DNA from: Cycas panzhihuaensis
Lineage: Eukaryota > Plantae > Cycadophyta
NCBI GenBank assembly: GCA_023213395.1
Contig: CM041465.1
Coordinates: 81,041,741-81,105,740 of the forward strand
Length of the DNA: 64,000 bases
Reading direction: 5' to 3'
Shown here: piece by piece, positions 13,101-26,330 of the stretch
How positions within the stretch are numbered: position 1 is the first letter of the stretch
Layout of the letters: the number at the start of each line of letters is the position of its first letter
The notes under the pieces: model-generated
Seen by the model: the letters and a program-made list of their open reading frames with translations, nothing else
Told to the model about the DNA's origin: nothing
Databases searched by the model: none
Translations under genes and position numbers: made by a program

Positions 13101-16100
13101 CTTAGTCAATGCTATGCTTATGTGAATGATAGAGAAGCTAGGCATAAAGGATCTTGAGCTTGTTTAATGGAAATGCCAAGGATATGGTAGGAGTGAGAAG
13201 TCCTTGAGCTCATTCCATAGAAATACCAGGGATATGATGGGAGTGAGAAGTCTCCCATGGCAACGATGACCCTCCCACTCATTTTAGAGGAGAAGACCAT
13301 GCTAATAGATGTATTTGTTCTCAACATTGATGTCAATTACAACCTCCTATTAGGTTAATCATGGGTTGATCACATGGATGTCATCTACTCCTTATGATAG
13401 GAGCAACTCAAATTTATCCATGGAGGGCAAGTCAAAGTTGTCACTCATGAGCTTCTTCCCTCTCGTGTTTCTCCTCCCACTTGTCAGGCTATCTTTAATA
13501 CTAGAGATAACATTCCCGATGAGCCCTTTCCCTCTTTAGAGAACCTTTTTAAGGGGTCTAACTCCTGCTATGATGAACCCCTTTCTAACTTTGAACCTGA
13601 TTTGGATAGGTTTGCCCTTATTGGCATAGGTAGTTATGGCTACCTAGCCATCATGAGTGACCTTGAGTTGGATATTGAGGGCCATGGATCCCCTCTATTA
13701 TATGTCACTCTTATTTCTTGTACATTTAGGGGAGTGTTCCATGAGGACCCACCCCCTCTTTTGAGTCCTTCTTTTAGGACTCATAGGCCTCTGCATCCTA
13801 TTACAAGTAAGACTATCCATGGGGTAGATTTATTTAAGAATGATGAAGCCCTATTAGAATATCTATAGGGGACTTCACCTAGTTTGCCTTTTGGACACCA
13901 CAATCTTGGTTTTTAGAAGTGCTTGGTGATTGGTTCTCCATTGGCTAAGCTTGACCAAGTGTCCCTTCCACCTAAACCTTCTTTAGATCAAGCCCCCCTT
14001 CACTTCAAAGAGGAGAATGTGCTATATGTAGTGGTAACTCAGGATATTATCCTTGCCCCTAATAGGTTCCTTAAGGTAGGGGTGGAATGTTCACCCTAAG
14101 AAGTGGAAGAGTATACTAAACTTTTCCATAAGTTCTGTGACATGTTCGCATGGGACTATTTTGACATGAAGGACATCAATCCTGACATAGTAACCTATAA
14201 CCTCATCATAATCTTGGGTGCTCACACTATTAGACAAAAACAATGCCCCTTATACCTAAACCTCTCTACTATAGTTAATATAGAAGTTAAGAAGCTACTT
14301 AATATAGGTTAAATCACTTCCATCAATTATCCTAAACAGAGCTCCAACATCATCCTTATTGCTAAAAAGAATGGGACCATAAGAATTTGTGTTGACTTTA
14401 GGGACATTAATAATATTGACTTTAGAGATATTAATAATGCATGTCCCAAGGATAACTTTCCCTTATCTTTCATCGATTAAATCATTGATCAAACTACTAG
14501 TTTTGAAGTAATATCCTTAATGGATGGCTTCTCTAACTATAATCAGATTCAATTATCCCCCAAAGACCATCACAAGATAACTTTTACCATATCTTGAGGG
14601 GCCTTTGCCTACAAAGCCATGCCATTTGGTTTAAAGAATGCTGGTGCCACTGACTAGAAGGCTATTGATTTTATCTTTCATGACCTCATTAATAAGATTC
14701 TAAAGATCTTTATAAATGACTTGATGGGACTTTCCCGAAGAAGGATCGATCACCCCACATACCTTAGAATGATTTTTGCTAGGTGTCATAAGTATCACAT
14801 TAGCCTAAACCCGTGAAAGTGTATTTTTGGAGTAACAACTGGTAAACTCTTAGAGTTCCTTATCTCTAAACAAGGAATCTAAATCGAGTGTAATAAAGTT
14901 AAAGCCATTGTTGACATGCCACCTCCAAAGATACAATGGAAAATTAAGTCGTTCTTGGGGTGGTTAGGGTTCTTGAGGTATTTCTTGGTAGACTTTTCCA
15001 TCAATGCCAAACCTTTGACCAACCTCTTGAAGAAAGGAACCCCTTTCATTTGGTCTTTTGGGACCCAATAAGCCTTCCAAGAGCTTAAAAGAGCTCTTGT
15101 TTTGGCCCTAATCTTGGCCCCTCCTCTTCTCAACTGTCCCTTTATACTTTACACTTCTATGACTGATGAGTCTGTGGGTGTCATGCTAGCCCAAGAGGAT
15201 GACTCCAAAATAGAAAGAGCTATCTATTTTAGTACTCATACCTTAGTAGTGGCTTAATTAAACTATCCCCTATCAGAAAAAGAATGTATGGCATTAGTTT
15301 ATACCATTAAGAAGCTTAAGCATTAACTCTTAGGTAATACCAATCATGTGATAGTATAGTCAAACCCTTTGAGATATCTTATGAATCAATCTGACTTAAT
15401 AGGAAGGATGGGTAAGTGGGCCATCCTCCTTCAAGGGTATGACCTAAAAATAGTCAACCACAAATCTAAAAATGGCATGGTCATTACAAAGCAATTAGTG
15501 GATGCTCTAATTCCTAGTGCACATAGTGCTCTCGTTAATGACTCTTTATTGGATGAGTCCATCTTAGCCCTTTATCAAACCAACATCCATCCATTGGATA
15601 ATAACAAGTGGTATGGCAATATTATCAACTATTTAATTCAATAAAAACATTTAGTAGATGCCATTGACAAGGTTTAGTTGTATTTGAAGGCAACTGCTTG
15701 GTAATACTTCATAATAGAGGATGTTTTATATAAAAGATCTTTCGATGAAGTCCTCCTTTGTTGTGTGAACATGGGGGAGACCAATAAATTCCTTCATAAA
15801 TTCTATAATGGCATTTTCGAAGGTCATTCTAGAGTCCCATCCATGGAATAATACATACTACATATGGGTTTTTATCAGCCTACATTATTTAAGGATGCCC
15901 ATACATATGCCTAGTATTGCCACATGTGCTAAGAGCACACCAACATAATTCGACAACCATTTAGGCATTGCATATGATCATCTCAAAATGGCCTTTCTCC
16001 CAGTGGGGCCTAGACCTCATTAGAGCTATCATCCCTTCATCTTTAGCCTAACATAAATTCATCCTAATAGCCATAGAATATTTTACTAAATTAGTCAAAA

Positions 16101-16841
16101 CCATTCCTCTATCTTCCATGATGAGTAAAATCATCACCAACTTCATATATCAACATATTATTTGTTGTTTCGAGGTCCCCAACATCCTTATCATGGATAA
16201 TGGAACCCAATTTTGCAATAAGGAGATGGATGAACTTTGTGAGTGATTTAGAATTTCTTACAAGACTTCGTCCCCTTATTACCCTTAGGCCAATGGCCAA
16301 ATTGAAGCTTTTAACAAAACCCTAATTAACATTCTTAAGAAGATCATCACCCAATCCCAATGTAATTGGTATATTTAGCTTCATTCAACTTGGGCCTACT
16401 ATACCTTGATCCAAATAACTATAAGGATGACCTCATTCTTCCTAGTCTATGAATCTAAGGTAATACTTCTCCTCGAAGTTGAAATCTCATCCTTAAGGGC
16501 ATCCCTTTACCAATGAGGAATGGCTATGTCAAGCTTGCCTCCTCGACCTTAAAGCTAAAGATGAAAAATAGTTGGTCGCATACTAATCCAATTTGGCATC
16601 TAAATCTTGAGCATAGAAGATGAATGATAGACATTTACAACTGCATCCTTTAAGCCTTGGGGACCAAGTCCTCAAATTAGAATATCTACATGACCATCTC
16701 TCTAAATTTACCCCTAAGTGGATGGGCCCTTTCATGGTCATCAAGACCCTTAATAATGGTGCCTATAGAATTGCCACATTGGAAGGCCTCAAGTTTGAAA
16801 AGGCTATTAATGGTTAATACCTCAAAAGGTTCTATAGTTGA
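10180..16841 (+). pseudogene. gag-pol pseudogene of A (gag, protease, RT, RNase H, integrase)
   Basis: Fragments are homologous to the C polyprotein: YWAYDHILMKLFP (~11600), IHGVDLFKNDEALLEYL, DMFAWDY, MPFGLKNAGA, RYLMNQSDLIGRMGKWAILLQGYDL, LEYLHDHLSKFTPKWMGPF. Ends KRFYS-stop at 16841. Many nonsense codons. Confidence 0.92.
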
Positions 16842-17342
16842 AGCTCCTTCCTACCTATGAACCTTAGTCGTTAATAAGGTTAAACTATGGTGACCACATC
16901 CCTTCCAATTTATTGATGTTTTTTCTCCTTGAGTATTCCTTATGTATACCTCTTATTTATTTGAGAAGCCTTTGGGGATTTTGAGCCCCTCATTTTGGGC
17001 CATCTTACCCATTTTATGGATTTCCCCTAAGGAAACCCCTTGGTCATTTGATCCCCATTTTTAGCTTACCACCAAGGCAACCCCTTGGTCGGTCACTCCC
17101 TCGTTTATTCTTGCTTTAGGTGTACAACTATTGGCTAAGGTTTTGATACTACTATTGACCCATCTTTCTTTCCCCTAACTTGTGAACCTCCAACCATCTA
17201 CTAATGAGGCATCACTATGGAAAACATTGTCTCTTGTCAAACAATACATTTATTTATTTACATTTTTTTCACATCACTTGTGTTGGCAACATTTACCATC
17301 TTCTAGCTTTAAAGCAAAGAGGTTCTATTGCTAGGAGGGTAG

Positions 17343-19782
17343 TGTTTCCCAACTTCTGAGAATGGCATAGACACAATGACATAGGTAAGTATAGGTATGC
17401 ATCTCCATATTTATTTCCTATCATATTTGTTATACTATTTTATTTTATGTGATACATGATTGATTGTTAGATATATGCTTATTTGATTTTCTTGGCTTAC
17501 CTGTTCCTTCTTTTATATCGATGATGATTATGACTCTAGTCCAATGGCCTTAAAGCCCATTATGTAGGCCCATTGGTTAGAAAGGGAACCTCTCTACATC
17601 CCTACAACTCTCCTTTTAGGCCCTTTCTTATTCATTTGGTCTCATTTCTCCCCCATAGCTATTGGTCACCACTTATTTCAACTTTTGGGACTAGTTTTTG
17701 GGAGTTAGAGTGGCCTTAGGATAGGGTTTGGGCCCCTTTTAAATAGTCTACCTCTGCATCACTACTATTTTTGATGCAGAAAGTAGTGCTATAGAGCAAT
17801 TCATGGTACCGTAGATACATTTGTGATACTATAGATTTGTGTGTGGTATGACTATTATAGCTCCTCACCATATCTCTAATGATCAAATAACTCTTTTTGC
17901 CACCTTGTTTGGTGGGCCCAGGGCACCACATCAACCCAGGATGGCTCATCATGCACTAGGGAACCTCATCGGACCTCTAATATTATTTTTTATTTAAGTT
18001 TTCTTAAGATTTGAATCTCCCTCTTTAACTTTATCCATGGTTTTAAGTAGTGGTTTTTCCACCTTGTGGGCATGAAACCACCACCCCCTCACCTTATTTT
18101 CTCCTATAAAACCCCTCTAATTTGAAAGTAGAGGATCATACATCTTTTATTCTTCTTACAATAACAAAATGCTACCAAAATTATACCACAAAAACCCTTT
18201 CAGTCTTGATACAACTCGTATGCTTTAGAGCTAAGGTGAAGAAGTTAGAGATCAACCTTAGTGCAAGCAAGGGAGCATTAGAGAGCTTTACATTGGATGG
18301 CCACCACTTCTTATCTCTCCACTATATTAGATATCCCCCATCCTACCTTAGTTTTCCATTTTGTGAGACTCCTTCTCACCCTTTCCCTCCTTGTTTTGTT
18401 GTTGTTATATTGCATAAGTAGGATTGTGTGGTTTTTAGTGATTTCCTTTTATCATGATAGGAAAAGGTAGGGTTGAATTAGATTGATCTTTCCTTCTCTA
18501 TTGCCTACATAATTTATTAAGTTGTGGGTTCATGTTAGAGATGTTTTTCTTAGTACAATTAAAGAAATCACTTATGTAAAGGAGGCCATGCCATTATGAG
18601 GCACCTCTCCCCTCTTTGCTTCATATTTATTTTTGTTGTCATTTTACTATTTGTTGTATATACATACATACATTCTTCATAACTATATATTGGTTAATTT
18701 TTTTCATAAAATTAGATTTTTTTAAAACATTATTAGGGTAGCTCTTCCTCTAGATCTAATTTATAGGTATGGGAAGGAGCAACAATCCATCATTCACATT
18801 AGGGTTTGAAGAAGGTGCACCTCAATAAGTTCAAAGTCCCCTATCTTTTACACTTGTTGTTGCATCATTCTTTTACTTCTTCATTTCATTTATTTCCATT
18901 TATTGTCTTTCTATTTGGGGCAGGTAAGTAGAGCCCTTTATTCTATTTCAATCAGTAATGTAAGCATTTAGAAATTAGGATGAAGAGAGGCAAAGAGAAG
19001 CAACGTCAGCAACCATCAACTATGCCTAGATGCACCTCTTTCCCCTTCTCTTTTGTTATTTCATATTCCTATTTTTATTATTTCTTTACTCCCCATTGTA
19101 AGAATTCCTTCCCCCTTATTGTTTGTTATTTTTTTAAGTACATTATCATTGAAAAAGGAAAATAAGAGATAAGAGAGGGTTTCTTACATAATAGAAAATA
19201 AAGAGAAATTAATTTGTAAAAAAGGAAATAGTTTTGTTTTAGTAAAAAGAAATATTGAAAGAAAGGGTGTTTTGGACTAGGGTTTCACACAGGGAAAGAT
19301 TCTTTATCTTTCCATCTCTTTGATCCCCCTTGGTTGCATATTTTTTCGTTTCTTTTAATTGGTATACATGTTTCTTTTTTCGAAAATAAAATGGGAGAGA
19401 GATAAAGAAAACGGTAGTAAGGTTTCTTTACTTGTTATGTGCCTCTCTTTTGTTTCCTTTTTGTTCTTATTCTAAACAACATAGCAATCAAACCTAACCA
19501 TACCCCTCTTTCCCTATGAAGCAAGCTTTTCCTATTTATCCTTTTTCCCTTTCTCTCTCTTTCTCTCCTTTCCTATTTGCCATGTTGCCCCCTTATCAAG
19601 GGAGTTTGCCCAACTGTGGCCCTATCCTCACCTGTGCATCTCCAAATCTTCATCCTCAAGGTGCGTGAGTTCCCTACGTGGCCTACCCAAGACTCCATTA
19701 CATCTCACACTAGGTCCTACAATCTAGGCCTAGTTCTCCATGGTGTTTGTTATATGAGGTACCTTCGGTAAGAGTGATCTCA
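17343..19782 (+). repeat. 3' LTR of element A (2440 bp)
   Basis: Starts TGTTTCC after the purine tract and ends GTGATCTCA; matches the 5' LTR pieces. Confidence 0.9.
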
Positions 19783-22700
19783 GGTTCTATTAGGGAGAAC
19801 TAAAAATAAATTTAAAAAAGGATTCATTACTACACTAATCCAAACTATCCACTACATCTATACATGAACCCATACAATTTCCTCTTACTTTAGCTTTTTG
19901 AGGTTATTACCATACATTCCCTTACAATCACATTTAAGATGTGCATGAATATCTAAGTTAATGTAATAGGATTTGCCTACATATATTGAGACTTTGCACC
20001 CTAAGTTTTACGTGAAGCCTAAAAGTGTAGTAAATTTTATCATTCCAACCTTTTGATATGTTTTACTAGTAGCCATACTCGGGACTTACCAGTAGGAATA
20101 CCTTTGGAACTTTAGGCATTCCATTCAATTCCTCCTTTTTTTTGAGTTTATTTAGGGTGTTAGATGGTAATGTATATGAGATCAAACCCTATCTCCTCTC
20201 CATTCATCTAAGCAGATCATGTTAGCCTATGAATATAACATTTCTCTTATCGCTTGCGTGGCCTATCCCCCTTGTAAATTAAACTGGTCTACACCCCCAT
20301 TGAATCAAGTGACCAAGAGTTGTCAATAGAGGGATATCCATTTGATTGGGCCTATGACTCATATGCCTAAGATTGGCCTTCCACTAAGGATCTATATCTA
20401 TATGAGGATTCCACCCATGCAGATGAGGATCCATCCTATCATGTGTATGAGCAACTTGAACTCTACCATAACTCTGTGGCACCTCATACACATGTGATTG
20501 AGGGGGCATAACATTAAGACCCTATAAAGTATTCTAAGTAGACACACATCCCTCTTCCATTTTATCCCAGTAAATAAGGATAACCCTTCTCCTTTCTTGA
20601 CCAAATCCACACCCCACCTATGGATATGATGGAAGCATTAAGGACACACTTTGAAGCAACAACCAGTCAAGGTGCTTTAGGATCGGTACATTAGATACTT
20701 TTTAGTTTGATGGTAACCTTTGTAATAGTCTCCCTTCCCATGTCTGTCAAAGCCACCACATCCTCTATTCAAGAGGTCATGTACATGCCCACTTCCATGG
20801 GTTCTCCACTAAATAAAAAGACATCACAAGGCATGCAAGTCATGTAAGCAATGATGCGTGTGTCTCCATTACAAATATCCATTCCATACGGCTTTTGCAC
20901 CCCCCACTTTTCATCACCATTCCTTCGTGTTTGGGGTATTTAGGATAAGGGGGAACAATCCCCATTCAACCTTGTATAAGGCATGGGGATCCATCCCTAT
21001 ACATTCCCCCATGGTATTCATTACAACCTTGGGGGCATGGGAATCCTAACCTATTACCTACTTACAGGTTAGATTCATTCCATCCTTATGGATCACCCCT
21101 CCTATAGGAGGGCCATTTGGGAAAAACCCATTACCCTATCCTTCTGCCCACATGTCCTAATCAATCCCACCTTTGGCTCACTCTTAAGAAGGACTAGTGG
21201 CATCCCATATGCCATGTCACTATGCATCTATTCCTTTAAGGGCATCAAGTCATGTCCCCTTCACTTATATTATGCAACCACAAGGTGGGCTAAGATATCC
21301 TTGCCCACCCCCATCTTCATCTTATCCTAATTTGGGGCCTATTCTCATTTATTAATTAGGAGGTATCCCTTATTCATCACATTCTTATGCCTCTTATCAA
21401 TAGGGGCATGTCCCCTTTAATACACCACTTTATCCACTACATACAGGGACAAGATATCCTTATCCTCCTCCTACTTATCCTCTCACAGACCTATTAGTTG
21501 AACTAGGGATGCATCCCTTTGTTAACTATAGGTCAAGCTCACTCTCAATAAAGGCATTAAGAATAAATTTACCTCCTCATACTCCTAATATGTCTAAATT
21601 TAATGGCACATCTTCCCAAGTCCATACTAATTATATTAGGGCATTTGCTATGTCATGTATCAATTATTGGGCTTATGGCCACATTTTGATGAAGTTGTTT
21701 CCTTGGTTGCTTTAAGGAGATGCCCTTAAATAGTTTTATCTCTTGCTTATATACACCATCATAACTTTTTAATAGATAGTTGATACTTTTGTTAACTACT
21801 TTGACATTGCACGTCCTTTAAGAGTGTGGGTAAATCCCTTCTCTCACTTAAACAAGGCCAAGATGAACTTAACTATGATTTTGTTTGTAGGTTCCATGAC
21901 CTTCTCTAATTCTTGAAAGGTACATTGCTTGAGGAATTGAAGAGGGATATATTCATCAATACCTAATTCCCTGAAGTCCATGTGGAGGTCCTCAAAACGG
22001 GGGCTACTATATGTGAGTCAGCCATAGCCAAGTGCTTGGCCCTTGAGACTATTGAGATCCAATCTAGTCTAAAAAGGATCAATAAGAACACACAACATCA
22101 TAAGGCACTAACTCCCCCACATGATGAGAAGGGAAACAACAATCTTCTAGGCACTTTATTGGTATGAATGATAAGACCTTAGATCCCTTTATCTCTATTA
22201 TTCAATATTTTAAGATAATGATAAGGGATTTAAAGCTATTGCTAGCTCAGTCTATGCCTAAGCCATGCTCTTTCTTGTAAGGTTACCGATAGGTCTACTA
22301 GACTGCTTAGAACTCACCACCTAAGAATGAAACCACTCAACCTTCATAAGGGAAGAGGATGTGATCTTCTCTTGAGATGAAGTGGTATGTGGTCCATGGT
22401 GAATACACTCATGACAACTCAAGGTGTTAGACTCAATATCCTGAGTTGATCCTACCACATGATCCCCTAACTCAAACAAATTCCAATCGTAACTTGGAAT
22501 AACCTATCCACCAAGACCCATTTCCTAATAATAAGTAATATGATCAAGGGCCCGAATAACAAAATTAGTGAACTAAAGGGTAGAAGGAAATCCCTCCTAC
22601 TACTCTATCAAATCAATCCAAGGGGATGGGCATAATAGATACCTCTACTCATTTGAGCCCTGTGACTCAACCCACATGATCTTCACAGCATAAGACTAAG

Positions 22701-25700
22701 GGTAAAAGGATCATTTAGTTGCTTAAGACCACTCAAATATGCCTTGTTACTCAATCACAAGTAAAGAAGGAGGCCAGGGAGGCCTTTACATCATATTAAT
22801 AAAATTCTTTAGAGAATCCTCTGACAGAGATCCTGATTATACTCAAGACTATACCAATCTAACTAGCATGATATTATTTGAGGTGAGCCATCCCTCAACC
22901 CACTGGGAAACAGAATGCTTACTTAATTATAGAGGAACTCTACATTGTTTCCATAGGAATGTCTATGATGGGCATTCTACAAAGTTATCCTTGTCAAAGA
23001 GCCCTCCTCCTAGAGGCCTTGGGGCAAAATGATATCCCTATTCACTTAGTGGGTGCTTCATAACACAAGACGCCCCTCATCATGTTCAATCCATGCAATC
23101 TACCTTCCACAAAGGATAAATAATGCCTAAAATCACTTTGAAGAGGACCATTATAGACAATGGTCCTTTTATAAATGCTATTCCTATGTACATGTTAGAA
23201 AAGTTTGGCATTGAAGCTCTTGAGCCCATCCCTTGGAAATGCTAAGGGTATGATGGAATCGAGAAGGCACCATTTGGGATGGTAACCTTTCCACTAACTT
23301 TAGAAGACAAGACCATATAAACTAATATCATTGTCTTAAACATTAATATTCATTACAACCTCCTATTGGGTTGACCATGGTTAGATAAAATGATCTATTC
23401 TTCACATTAGGGGCAACTCAAATTTGTCTGCTAGGGGTAAATTAAATTTGTCAGTCAAGAATCCCCCCCCACTTGGTCATCCCACTAGACTTGCTAAGAC
23501 ATTTTTAGAGCTATAAATAAGGAGGAGGATCCCTCTAATCCATCCATTGTGGGGTTCTTTGAAGACGAAGTGCCCTATGAAGGGGTGGAAACTCCTTTTT
23601 CACAGTTGAATTTGGTATGCTTCACTCCCATTGATGTTGGAAGTTATTACTATTTGGATATCCTTAGTGATTGAGAGTTCAACGATGAGGGTTATGAGCA
23701 ACTCTCATACCACGTGTCTTTCCTTAACATCACCAAGGAAAGGTCATCTAAAATAGAAACCTCTCCCTCTTTTGGTCTAAACCCATATGTATCAGAGTCA
23801 CCTCCACCATGATCTCCTTGACTCCCCCAAGGTAGAAGTCCCCTTATCTTATGGCATAGATGGATTACCATTCATCCTGAATCCCACATAATCAACACAC
23901 TAATTGACTAGATCCTACTTCAAAGAAAGGCTAATATAAAGAATACCTTCCTCTCCCTTCGATCTAAGCTATATTCCAGGGGAGGATCCCCTAGCGTGTG
24001 GTTGAAAAAATTGTAGATTGTACACTATCTTCTCCATTAGTTACCCCCTCTTTTTTATGTACCATCAATTTGATTTGGTATGTGGTGAGCCAACCAATCT
24101 AAAGGCACCCGTTAGAGGGGCCAAGCCAACCCCCATTAGCTAGTGATATCGACAATGATTCAGAGTTGGTACTTTCCCATGATAAATCTATCATTTATGA
24201 TCTTGAGCTTCATAAAATTTCTCTACCCCTAATAAATAGTAGGCCCATTATGCAGGTGTATTTTAACTCTTTGAAGGAGTCACCCTGCTATTTTAATTAG
24301 GTGATGGAACACTATTAGTTTATACCTACACCATAGGTGCCACCACCTCCCATGAGTAAGACTATCCATAGGAGAGATTATTTTGAAAATGGTGAGGAAT
24401 TATTAGAGAATTTAGCACACTCTTTACCTAAGTTACCTTTTAGACATCACAAATTAGTTTTTTAGAAATACTTCATGATTGGGTCTCCCTTGGTTGATCC
24501 TAACACAATGAGTATTCCACCTGACTTATCGATTAACCAAGCCCTCCTTCACTTTGAAGAAGGGAATGTGTTATATATAGGAAAGACTAAGGACATTGTC
24601 CTTATGCCTAATAGGGTCATTAAAATTAGGGCTAAATGTTCCCCTTAGAAAGTCAAGGAGTATACAAAACTCTTTCATGAGTTCCATGATGTTTTTGTAT
24701 AGGATCCTAATATTATCACACACAACCTTGTGACAATCCTAAGTGCCTAACCCATTTGACAAAAATAAAGGCCTTTATATACTAAACTCTTAGCCATTAT
24801 AAAGATGGAGGTTGATAAACTTTATGATGCTAGCCTCATCACCTATGTTGACTACCTAAAGTGGGTTTCGAACATAGTCCCACTAGCCAAAAAGAATGAA
24901 ACCATATGAATTTGTGTTAATTTTAGGGACATCAATAATGCTTATCCCAAGGAATACTTCCCCCTCCCTTTTGTTGATTAAATTATCAATCGTACTATGA
25001 GGTTTGAGGTTATGTCCCTAATGGATGTTTTCTTGGGTTATAACCAAATATAGATATCCCCTAAAGATTACCACAAAACCACCTTCACTACTCCTTAGGG
25101 AATATTTACCTACAAGGATATGCCTTTTGGTATAAAGAATGTTGGGGCAATTTATAAAAGAGCCATGCATTTCATCTTCTATGTCATTCTTAATAATATT
25201 CTTGAGGTCTTTATGGATGATTTAATGGGGCTCTCCCAAAAGAGGGTCAATCACTGGTTAGACCTGAGGAAAATATTTCTCAAGTGCTACAAATATCACA
25301 TCAACCTCAATCCACTTAAATGTGTTTCTGTGATAATGTCCAACAAACTATTAGGCTTCTTGGTATCCCAATAAAAAATCTAAGTTAACCTTAATAAGGT
25401 CAAAGCCATAATAGAGATGCCTCCTCTAAAGACCCAATAATAAACCAAGTCATTTCTGGGGTGTTTAAGTTTCTTGAGGTGCTTCTTAGTGAACTTCACT
25501 ATCAATGTAAAGCCAATAACTAACCTTCTTAAAAAGGAAACCTTATTTATTTCATCTCCTAAAGCCCATGAAGCTCTCTAAGAGCTAAAGAGAGCCCTCA
25601 TCTCAGCTCCTACATTAGCCCCATTCGATCAGTCATTCATCCTTTATACATCGACAATAAATGAACTTACTAATGTCATACTTTCCCAAGAAGATGACTC

Positions 25701-26330
25701 TAAAATTAAGAGAATTATATACTTTATAAGACAAACCATCATGGTAGCTAAATTAAATTATCCATTGATAGAAAAGGAATGCCTGGCATTGTTATTTATT
25801 ATTAAGAAACTTTGGCACTATCTCTTCAGTAATACTACCCATATAATAGTCCAATTGGACCCATTATGTTACCTTATGACTAGGTCTAATTTAATAGGGA
25901 AGATAGGTACATGGGTGAACCTCCTCTAAGAATACGATTTAAAAGTCACAAATTGTAAATCTAATAAGGGTATGGTCATGGCTAAGTAACTTATTGATGC
26001 CCCTTCCCCAATCTCACAAATATACTAGTTGGCAACTCCTTACCTTACAAAGTGATCCTAGCCCTTCAACAAGTCGATAGGCACTGATTAGCTAATAGTG
26101 AATATTATGGTGACATCATCAACTATTTAATTCAATAGAAATGTCATATGGATGCTAGTGAAAAGGTCAAGTTATGTATAAGATCCTATGTCGAATAATA
26201 CTTCCTTATTAAGAACGGGTTGTATAAATAATCATTTGATGGCATCCTCCTCCATTGCATCAATGTTAAGGAAATTGACTAAGTCCTCCATAAATGCCAC
26301 AATAGAATATATAATTAGCACTTTAGGGGC
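19783..26330 (+). mobile_element. Ty3/gypsy Tat-like element B, left part (3' end of 5' LTR to ~20065, PBS 20067-20084, decayed gag-PR-RT-RH and start of INT)
   Basis: PBS TAGTAGCCATACTCGGGA followed by CTTACCAGTAGG, as in C. ORF fragments SCINYWAYGHILMKLFP, IIDNGP (protease), MPFGIKNVGA...EVFMDDLMG, LNYPLIEKECLAL. Interrupted by C at the integrase zinc finger (HF-GG). Confidence 0.9.

Larger units (their letters stand above)
1..19782 (+). mobile_element. Ty3/gypsy Tat-like LTR retrotransposon A (decayed; 5' end lies outside the window)
   Basis: Positions 1-932 plus 8798-10003 match 17677-19782 (LTR pair). A PBS follows 10003, and degenerate gag-PR-RT-RH-INT is collinear with element C. A purine tract AGGAGGGTAG precedes TGTTTCC at 17343. 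Both LTRs end GTGATCTCA. Confidence 0.93.

Noticed and set aside
14394-14441. 24-bp duplication in the RT of element A (GACTTTAGGGACATTAATAAT twice)
   Set aside because: Ordinary slippage in a dead copy.
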